From: Chthoniobacteraceae bacterium | GTDB taxonomy: Bacteria; Verrucomicrobiota; Verrucomicrobiia; Chthoniobacterales; Chthoniobacteraceae | Length of the DNA stretch: 22,283 bases | Assembly: GCA_040081625.1 (NCBI GenBank) | Contig: JBEBGD010000090.1 | Coordinates: 1 to 22,283 of the forward strand | Reading direction: 5' to 3' | In this document: in pieces, positions 15,067 to 22,283 of the stretch | Layout: each line of letters starts with the position of its first letter | Position numbering within the stretch: position 1 is the first letter of the stretch | The notes under the pieces: model-generated | Database searches by the model: none | Told to the model about the DNA's origin: nothing | The model's input: only the letters and a program-made list of their open reading frames with translations | Made by a program: the position numbers and the translations under genes

Positions 15067-18000
15067 ATGCCTTCCTCGACCAACGCCCCAGAGCCAGGAC
15101 AAATTGTGCAAGTCCGCCAGCGCCCGTTCGTGGTGATCGAGACGACTGCGTCTCTCTTGCCTGACGCGAAGGCGGACGGCGGTCAGCATTTCGTGCGGCT
15201 TTCATCCGTGGAAGATGATGCTCTTGGCGAGGAACTGGAGGTCGTTTGGGAACTCGAAGCTGGCGCGGTCTGCATGGAGCGCTCGTCGCTTCCGAATGTC
15301 ACCGCGTTCGACGAACCGGCGAAACTCGATGCGTTTCTCGATGCGGTTCGGTGGGGCGCAGTTTCGCAGGCGGACGACAAAGCGATCCAGTCGCCGTTTC
15401 GATCCGGCATCGAGGTCGAGGAATACCAACTCGACCCCGTGGTGCGCGCGTTGCAAATGCCGCGCGTCAATCTCCTCATCGCGGACGACGTGGGCCTTGG
15501 AAAAACGATCGAGACCGGACTGGTCGCTCAGGAGCTGATTCTTCGGCATCGCGCCCGCACGATTCTCATCGTCTGTCCGTCATCCATCCAGGTGCAGTGG
15601 CGCGATGAGATGAGGGAGAAATTCGGCCTCGATTTCCGCATCATCGACAGCGACGCGATGTCGGAGTTGCGCCGGCGGCGCGGCATCCACGTCAACCCGT
15701 GGTCGCACTTCCCGCGGCTCATCACCTCGCTCGACTTCCTTAAACGCGAGCGCCCGCTTCGACTTTGGCGAGAGACGCTCGGCGGGCAGACCTACCCGCG
15801 TCGCTACGACCTGCTCATCGTGGACGAAGCGCACAACGTCGCGCCGTCGGGGCGCGGGCGTTACGCGATCGATTCGCAGCGCACCGAAGCGATTCGCGAG
15901 CTTGCGCCGCACTTTGAGCATAAGCTCTTCCTCACGGCGACGCCGCACAATGGCTACCGCGAGAGCTTCGCCGCGCTGCTTGAGTTGCTCGACAACCAGC
16001 GCTTCACCCGCGCGATGGCACCGAGCCGCGCGCAGCTCGAAGCCGTGATGGTTCGCCGGATGAAAAGCGAACTGGAGATCCGAAGTTGGAACGGCACGCG
16101 TCGGTTCGCAAAACGCGCCGTCCTGCCCATCGAGATTACCTTCACGGATGCGGAAAAAACCGCACACGCTCAGCTCCAGCGCTACACGGAACTGCGCACC
16201 ACCAACGCCGCGAGCCTCGGCGAACGGTTCGCCGCGGAGTTTGTGCTGAAGCTCTTGAAGAAGCGCCTCTTCTCCTCCCCGGCTGCGTTTGCCTCCACGC
16301 TCGAACGCCATGCCGTTTCCGTCGGTGCCGCTCGCTCCGACGCGATGAGCCTCCGTGCGATCCAGACGCAGCTCGCGCTCGTGGACGAAGACTACGCGGA
16401 CGATGCGAAAAAAGAGGAAGCCGAGGAAGACGCGTTGGCCGCGGCGAGCCGTGCTGTGCAGCCCGCCGTCGGCGAAGAGAAGCAACTCCTCGCCAGCCTT
16501 CGCACGTGGGCATCGAACGCGGCGGAGCGACCCGACAGCAAGGCGCACGCGTTGCTCGCTTGGCTCGACAAGCATCTTCGCCCCGGTGGCCAGTGGTGCC
16601 GCGAGCGCGTCATCATTTTCACCGAATACCGCACAACACAGAAGTGGCTCCAGCAGCTTCTTGCGGAGCGCGGCTACGCGGGGAAAGGACCGCATGGCGG
16701 CGAACGACTGATGACCATCTACGGCGGTGTCGGCCGCGATGAGCGAGAGAGTATCAAAGCCGCCTTTCAAGCCGATCCCGACGAGGCCGATGTCCGCATC
16801 CTTCTCGCGACCGATGCGGCCAGCGAGGGGCTCAACCTCCAGAACCACTGCACGCTGCTTATCCACGTCGAGATTCCGTGGAACCCAAACCGCATGGAGC
16901 AGCGCAACGGGCGCATCGATCGCCACGGCCAAGACCCGGACAAGCTAGTGCAGATTCACCACTTCGTCGGCGCCGGCTTCGATGAGACGAAGCCCGGTCG
17001 CGCGCCAGGTGAACTCGAAGGCGATCTCGAATTTCTCATGCGCGCCGCGCTGAAAGTGAACCGCATCCGCGAAGACCTGCTCGGCAAAGTCGGCACTGTC
17101 ATTGCCGATCAAGTCGAGGAAGCCATGCTCGGCCAGCGCCGCGCGCTCGACACGGTGAAGGCTGAACGCGACTCCGACGTTGCGCGCAAGATGCTGAAAT
17201 TCGAGCGCGACCTCCGCACGCAGCTCAAGAAGCTCCACGACCAGCTCGACGACACCGTGCGCGACCTGCGCCTCACGCCCGCAAACGTCGAGAACGTCGT
17301 CCTCACCGCGCTCGCCCTCGCGGGACAACCACCTCTCGCATCCGTGGCGCTGCGTGCGCGCGGCCGCTCACCGGCGATTCGCGCGTGGCACCTGCCCGCC
17401 GCGTTCTCCGGCGCGTGGCGCGATTGCCTGCACGGACTTGAGCATCCGCACTCGCGCCTCATTCGCCCGGTCACATTCAATGCCACCGACGCCGAGGGGC
17501 GCGACGACGTGGTGCTCGCGCATCTCGGTCATCGGCTCGTGCAAATGTGCCTGCGGCTCCTGCGCGCCGAAGTCTGGTCGATGGGCGAAACGAAGCGCCT
17601 GCACCGCGTCACCGCGCGCATCGTGCCCGATGCGGCGCTCCGTGAGCCCGTCATCATCGCGCACAGCCGACTCGTGGTCCTCGGCGCCGACAACCACCGG
17701 CTCCACGAGGAAATCTTCGCCGCAGGCGGACACATCAGCGGCGGCAAATGGGGCGGGCGCCTCAACGTCGGCGAAGCCAAGGCCGCGCTCGACGCCGCGA
17801 CTGCCGAGGCCGTGCCCGGCTTCATCGAGGGCGAACTCACCGCGCTCTGGCCGAAGCTCCAGAAGCCCCTGCTCGACGCGCTCGACGCGCGAATGCACGA
17901 GCGCACGAAGAACCTCCAAACCTTCCTCGACGAGCGTTGCGAGCGCGAGGTCGGCAAGATCACCGCCATCCTCAACGAACTCGCCGCGACCATCGGTGCG

Positions 18001-18261
18001 GAACTCGACCAGAAACCCGACCTCCAGCTCACCATCGAGGACTTCAAGCCCGCCGACCTCACCCGCGAGGAAGCCACGCAGCGCGACAAAGACATCGCGG
18101 CACTCAAACGCCGCCGCGCCGAAATCCCCGCCGAGATCGAGCGCGAGACCACCGCACTTCGCGCGCGCTACCGCGAGCCCAGTCCGCGCGATTTCCCGAT
18201 CTGCGTCACCTTCCTCGTCCCACCGCGCGCGGTGGCGGAAATCCAACGCCGCCTCCGCTGA
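15067..18261 (+). CDS. drmD: DISARM class I SNF2-like helicase DrmD
   Basis: 1064 aa; PEPGQIVQVRQR N-terminus, LDAFLDAVRWGA, LLIADDVGLGKT, VDEAH, TATP, ASEGLNLQ, EQRNGRIDRHGQ; directly followed by an adenine methyltransferase. Confidence 0.88.
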   Translation: MPSSTNAPEPGQIVQVRQRPFVVIETTASLLPDAKADGGQHFVRLSSVEDDALGEELEVVWELEAGAVCMERSSLPNVTAFDEPAKLDAFLDAVRWGAVSQADDKAIQSPFRSGIEVEEYQLDPVVRALQMPRVNLLIADDVGLGKTIETGLVAQELILRHRARTILIVCPSSIQVQWRDEMREKFGLDFRIIDSDAMSELRRRRGIHVNPWSHFPRLITSLDFLKRERPLRLWRETLGGQTYPRRYDLLIVDEAHNVAPSGRGRYAIDSQRTEAIRELAPHFEHKLFLTATPHNGYRESFAALLELLDNQRFTRAMAPSRAQLEAVMVRRMKSELEIRSWNGTRRFAKRAVLPIEITFTDAEKTAHAQLQRYTELRTTNAASLGERFAAEFVLKLLKKRLFSSPAAFASTLERHAVSVGAARSDAMSLRAIQTQLALVDEDYADDAKKEEAEEDALAAASRAVQPAVGEEKQLLASLRTWASNAAERPDSKAHALLAWLDKHLRPGGQWCRERVIIFTEYRTTQKWLQQLLAERGYAGKGPHGGERLMTIYGGVGRDERESIKAAFQADPDEADVRILLATDAASEGLNLQNHCTLLIHVEIPWNPNRMEQRNGRIDRHGQDPDKLVQIHHFVGAGFDETKPGRAPGELEGDLEFLMRAALKVNRIREDLLGKVGTVIADQVEEAMLGQRRALDTVKAERDSDVARKMLKFERDLRTQLKKLHDQLDDTVRDLRLTPANVENVVLTALALAGQPPLASVALRARGRSPAIRAWHLPAAFSGAWRDCLHGLEHPHSRLIRPVTFNATDAEGRDDVVLAHLGHRLVQMCLRLLRAEVWSMGETKRLHRVTARIVPDAALREPVIIAHSRLVVLGADNHRLHEEIFAAGGHISGGKWGGRLNVGEAKAALDAATAEAVPGFIEGELTALWPKLQKPLLDALDARMHERTKNLQTFLDERCEREVGKITAILNELAATIGAELDQKPDLQLTIEDFKPADLTREEATQRDKDIAALKRRRAEIPAEIERETTALRARYREPSPRDFPICVTFLVPPRAVAEIQRRLR

Positions 18262-21200
18262 TGTCCGTCGCCCGCGAACACGCAGAATGGCTCTCGCTGC
18301 TCGACATCAGCGGCCCGTTCCTCTCGCTGCCGGTGCTCCAGCGCACCTTCCCGCAGGGCATCGAAGCCATCCCCACCGGGCTCCGCGGCGACCTGCGCGC
18401 CGCCTACTCGCAGTGGCTCGACGAGCGCGCTGACGACCCGACCCTCCACCCGAAATGGGTGCGCTGGATTCTCACCGGCGTGCTCGGGCACGACGCGGCG
18501 CTCATCGCCGAAGGCCCGCGCATCCCCGCCGGGCTCGATCGCCTCGTCGCCGAGCACCACGAGACCCTGCGTCCCGACCTCGTGCTCCTTTCGCCTCACG
18601 ACGGAAAGCCCGCGCTCCTCATCCAGATTCACGCGCCCGCGCAAGACCTCACGAAGCCCCTCAGCGGCGCGCAGTGGAAAGCCTCGCCCGACACGCGCAT
18701 GGCCGAGCTGCTCCGCGGCACCGGCGTCCCGCTCGGGCTCATCACGAATGGCGAGCGCTGGATGCTCGTCCACGCGCCGCCGAAGGAAACCGCCGGCTAC
18801 ACCTCGTGGTATGCCGACCTCTGGCTGCAAGAGCCGCTCACCTTCCGCGCGTTCGTCGCCCTCCTGCGCGCCGGCCGTTTCTTCGGCGTCGCGGAAAAGG
18901 AAACACTCCCCGCGCTCCTTCGCGACAGCGCGCAGGACCAGGCCGAAGTCACCGACCAACTCGGCGCGCAGGTCCGCGCCGCGGTGCAGGTGCTCGTCCA
19001 GGCGTTCGACAAACTCGATGGCGCAAGCAACCGCGCGCTCCTCGCCGGCGTGGACGAGCGCGCGCTCTACGAAGCCGCGCTCACCGTGATGATGCGCCTC
19101 GTCTTCCTACTCTCCGCCGAGGAGCGAAAGCTCATCGGCAACGAATACGAAACCTACCAGCGCAACTACGCGGTGGGCGGCGTGCTCGACGAATTGCAGG
19201 CGCGGGCGGACCGGCACGGCGAGGAGATCCTCGAAAGGAACAGCGACGCGTGGTGCCGCCTGCTCGCCGTCTTCCGCGCCGTGCATGGCGGCGTGCAGCA
19301 TGAAAACGTGCGCCTCCCCGCTTACGGCGGCACGCTCTTCGATCCCGACCGCTTCCCATTTCTCGAAGGCCGCGCGGCGCAGACGAAATGGACGACGCAC
19401 CCGGCGCACCCGCTCGCGGTGAACAACCGCGTCGTCCTCCACCTTCTGCGCGCGCTGCAATTCATCGAGACGAAGCTCCCCGGCGGCGGCGACATCGCCG
19501 CGCGCCGACTCAGTTTCCGCGGACTCGACATCGAGCAAATCGGCCACGTCTATGAGGGTCTGCTCGACCACACCGCGCGCCGCGCCGGGCAGGTCATCCT
19601 CGGCCTCGCGGCGTCAAAAGGCCGCATCGCCACGCTCCCGCTGGAGCGCCTCGAAGCCCTCGCCGCCGAGTCACAAGAAAAGCTCATCGAATTTCTGGTC
19701 GAGGAAACCGAGCGCACCGAAAGTTCCCTCCGCAACGTCCTCGACGCCGGGGGAGAAAAGCCGCGCCGCGGCCGCAAAGCCGCCGCGCCGGAGCTGGATC
19801 TGCTCAAAGCGGCGGAAGCACCGGCAGCGTATCACGTCATCCCTCACGCCATCACTGCCGCGTGCGACCACGACCCCGCGCTCGCCGCCCGCATCGCCCC
19901 GTATGCCGGGCTGCTCCGCGCCGACACCTTCGCCCGCCCGCTCGTCATCCTGCCCGATTCGCTCTACGTCGCGCCGGGCAGCGACCGCCGCAGCACCGGC
20001 ACTCACTACACCCCGCGCAGCCTCACCGAACCCATCGTCCAGCACACCCTGGAGCCGCTCGTCTATCACGGCCCCGCCGAGGGCCTGCCGCGCGGCGAGT
20101 GGCGGCTGAAGACCCCGCGCGAAATCCTCGCCCTCAAAATCTGCGACCTCGCCATGGGCAGCGGCGCGTTCCTCGTCGGCGTCTGCCGCTACCTCTCCGC
20201 GCGGCTCGTCGAGGCGTGGGCCGAGGTCGAGCGCGCGCATCCGGATGCCTTCATCACCAGCCCCGAGGGCGACCTCTCCACCGGCGACCCCAGCGAAGCC
20301 CTCATCGCGCGGCTGCCCGACGACGAGCGCCTCCACCTCGCCGCCCGCGCCATCGCCGACCGCTGCCTCTACGGCGTGGACATCAATCCCATGGCCGTCG
20401 AGATGGCCAAGCTCTCCCTCTGGCTCATCACCGTGGACCGCGAGCGCCCCTTCACCTTCCTCGACCACGCGCTGAAGTGCGGCGACTCCCTCCTCGGCGT
20501 CAGCGACGCCCGCCAGCTCGAACGCTTCTCCTTGCGCCCTGCCGACGACGCCCAGCCGCTCTTCGACACCGCCAATCTCTGGCGCCACGTCCAGCAGGCC
20601 GCCACCCTCCGGCGCCAGCTCGAAGCCACGCCCAGCCACACCGCCGCGCAGCTTGTGGAAAAAGCGCGCCTCCACGGCGACGCCGAAACCCTCCTCGCCC
20701 GCTTGCGCGCCGCCGCCGATTTCCTCCTCGCCGCCGAACTCGACAGCCCCGGCGACCGCGGGTGGGACACACGCCGCGCCATCGCCGCCAGCCACATGCA
20801 GGCTGGGTGGAAAAAGGACATCGCCGAATTCCAGCACCTCGCCCGCGCCGAACTCCGCGGACGGCGTCCGTTTCATTGGCCGCTGGAGTTCCCGGAGGTA
20901 TTTGACGCTGGGGAAAACGGCGAGCGACCCGCGGGCTTCGATGCCTTCGTGGGAAATCCGCCGTTCATAAAAGGCCACTTCATTTCACAGCATTTCGGGG
21001 ATGATTACAGGGCCTACCTCGCGAGAAACATCCACGGCGACAAAGCGGGCCTTGCTGATGTGTGCTCGTTTTTCTTGGCGCGCATCTATGGGTTTCTTCG
21101 TTCAACCGGCGCTGCGGGTGTCATCGCAACCAACACCATTTCAGAAGGTGATACGCGAAAGGTCGGTTTAGATTCTATCTGCCAACTAGGCGGCACCATC

Positions 21201-22283
21201 ATTTTGGCAGACCCCGACATTACCTGGCCCGGCGATGCTTCGGTTGTCATCAGTCCAGTTATTGTTACTCGAAAAGCGTGGTCTGGGGCGGCACTCCTTT
21301 CGGGTCGCGAGGTAGATAGCATTTCGTCACGATTGCAGGAAGGAGCGCAGCACGAGGTGCTGCCGCTACTGGCGAATGACCGTATTGCATTCGTAGGTTC
21401 GTATCTGCTTGGGGACGGCTACATCCTGACGCACTCCGAGGCTCAGGAATTCCTCAGCTCGGTGCCGGGAGCTGAGGAGGTAATCCTACCGTATCTCAAT
21501 GGGATAGAGTTCAATGCGTTTCCGGATTTGAAACCTAAGCGTCTTGCAATCTGCTTCTGGGATTGGTCGCTCGAAAGAGCGAGGACGTTTGGTCCGCTTT
21601 TCGAGCGAGTGGAGCGCCTAGTGAAACCCGATAGAGACGTTGTTGACCGTGACCGCAACCGGGAAAATTGGTGGCTTCACGCAGAAAACAGACCCGGGCT
21701 TTACCACGCAGTCGGCCTCGGCAATCGGTTCGAGAGTCATCCCAAAGACTGGCTTCGAACTGCATCTCATCCATCGCGGGTGATTGCAAAAGCCAAGACA
21801 TCAGACACGTGGGCGTTCGGCTTTCTCCCGTCCACAGCGTTATTCGATCAAACTCTCACAATCATTGCACGAGACGACTGCGGGATGTTTGTCAGCCTCC
21901 AATCTACTCTGCATGAGATTTGGGCGCGGGAATCGGGTGCTGGTTCGAAGATGAAGCTCGACCAGCGATACTCGGCCTCAATGTTCGCGACTTTCCCATT
22001 CCCCACCGATATGCGCGGCATGGAAGCCGTGGGCGAACGCTACCACGAGCACCGGCGGCAGTTAATGCAGGCGCGCGGCGAGGGGCTGACGAAGACCTAC
22101 AACCGCTTCCACGACCCCGGCGAAACGGCAGCGGACATCGGCGAACTCCGCACCTTGCACCACCATCTCGACACCGCCGTAGCCGCCGCCTACGGCTGGC
22201 CCGACCTCGCCGCCCACGAAGGCACCGCCCTCGGCCACGACTTCCACGAAACCAAACAAGGCACCCGCTACACCCTCGCCCCC
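18261..22283 (+). CDS. drmMI: DISARM class I N6-adenine DNA methyltransferase DrmMI (type IIG/Eco57I-like), truncated by window edge
   Basis: ATG 18261 overlaps the drmD stop (TGATG). Segments translated by hand: MSVAREHAEWLSLLDISGPFLSLPVL, TGTHYTP, motif I ICDLAMGSGAFLV (~20139-20177), FHWPLEFPEVF, motif IV GNPPF (20952-20966), FPFP, GLTKTYNRFH, AAYGW. No stop seen, and no terminated ORF in this frame in the track. Confidence 0.88.
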   Translation, partial: MSVAREHAEWLSLLDISGPFLSLPVLQRTFPQGIEAIPTGLRGDLRAAYSQWLDERADDPTLHPKWVRWILTGVLGHDAALIAEGPRIPAGLDRLVAEHHETLRPDLVLLSPHDGKPALLIQIHAPAQDLTKPLSGAQWKASPDTRMAELLRGTGVPLGLITNGERWMLVHAPPKETAGYTSWYADLWLQEPLTFRAFVALLRAGRFFGVAEKETLPALLRDSAQDQAEVTDQLGAQVRAAVQVLVQAFDKLDGASNRALLAGVDERALYEAALTVMMRLVFLLSAEERKLIGNEYETYQRNYAVGGVLDELQARADRHGEEILERNSDAWCRLLAVFRAVHGGVQHENVRLPAYGGTLFDPDRFPFLEGRAAQTKWTTHPAHPLAVNNRVVLHLLRALQFIETKLPGGGDIAARRLSFRGLDIEQIGHVYEGLLDHTARRAGQVILGLAASKGRIATLPLERLEALAAESQEKLIEFLVEETERTESSLRNVLDAGGEKPRRGRKAAAPELDLLKAAEAPAAYHVIPHAITAACDHDPALAARIAPYAGLLRADTFARPLVILPDSLYVAPGSDRRSTGTHYTPRSLTEPIVQHTLEPLVYHGPAEGLPRGEWRLKTPREILALKICDLAMGSGAFLVGVCRYLSARLVEAWAEVERAHPDAFITSPEGDLSTGDPSEALIARLPDDERLHLAARAIADRCLYGVDINPMAVEMAKLSLWLITVDRERPFTFLDHALKCGDSLLGVSDARQLERFSLRPADDAQPLFDTANLWRHVQQAATLRRQLEATPSHTAAQLVEKARLHGDAETLLARLRAAADFLLAAELDSPGDRGWDTRRAIAASHMQAGWKKDIAEFQHLARAELRGRRPFHWPLEFPEVFDAGENGERPAGFDAFVGNPPFIKGHFISQHFGDDYRAYLARNIHGDKAGLADVCSFFLARIYGFLRSTGAAGVIATNTISEGDTRKVGLDSICQLGGTIILADPDITWPGDASVVISPVIVTRKAWSGAALLSGREVDSISSRLQEGAQHEVLPLLANDRIAFVGSYLLGDGYILTHSEAQEFLSSVPGAEEVILPYLNGIEFNAFPDLKPKRLAICFWDWSLERARTFGPLFERVERLVKPDRDVVDRDRNRENWWLHAENRPGLYHAVGLGNRFESHPKDWLRTASHPSRVIAKAKTSDTWAFGFLPSTALFDQTLTIIARDDCGMFVSLQSTLHEIWARESGAGSKMKLDQRYSASMFATFPFPTDMRGMEAVGERYHEHRRQLMQARGEGLTKTYNRFHDPGETAADIGELRTLHHHLDTAVAAAYGWPDLAAHEGTALGHDFHETKQGTRYTLAP

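Larger units (their letters stand above)
7467..22283. mobile_element. tRNA-Lys-targeted integrative element / defence island (right end outside window)
   Basis: tRNA 3' fragment next to an integrase, visible shift in codon style after hflC, xis-like and primase-like genes, defence cargo. That the DISARM genes lie inside the same element is inferred because no second att copy was seen. Confidence 0.8.

Noticed and set aside
19671..20978. 435-aa minus-strand ORF and other long antisense or alternate-frame ORFs (e.g. 130-1446, 2224-3396, 15580-16932, 17354-18433)
   Set aside because: Shadow ORFs of high-GC coding regions with no recognisable motifs; the overlapping frame carries clear family signatures.
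15067..22283. BREX (PglX) or stand-alone type IIG R-M call
   Set aside because: An SNF2 helicase with the DrmD-type N-terminus directly coupled to this methylase fits DISARM class I better. drmABC cannot be confirmed in this window.

Overview
High-GC bacterial DNA; the gene style suggests a PVC-superphylum organism, probably Verrucomicrobiota (inference only). Bases 1-7456 are host backbone: two vWA-domain membrane protein genes, a stand-alone ABC-3 (Mn/Zn) permease, and hflK-hflC. At 7467-7516 lies the 3' half of a tRNA-Lys(TTT) gene, read as the att scar at the left end of an integrated element that runs off the window. The element's core is phage-satellite-like: tyrosine integrase, unknown 372-aa protein, excisionase/AlpA-like HTH, and an AEP primase-like Rep with a candidate origin inside its own gene. 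A convergent XRE regulator, a run of unknown cargo genes (one possibly sliding-clamp-fold, one HEPN-like) and the first two genes of a class I DISARM anti-phage system follow. These are drmD and drmMI; drmMI is absent from the ORF track because it has no stop in the window, and its specificity region looks compositionally foreign. All family calls are by motif recognition, not database search.
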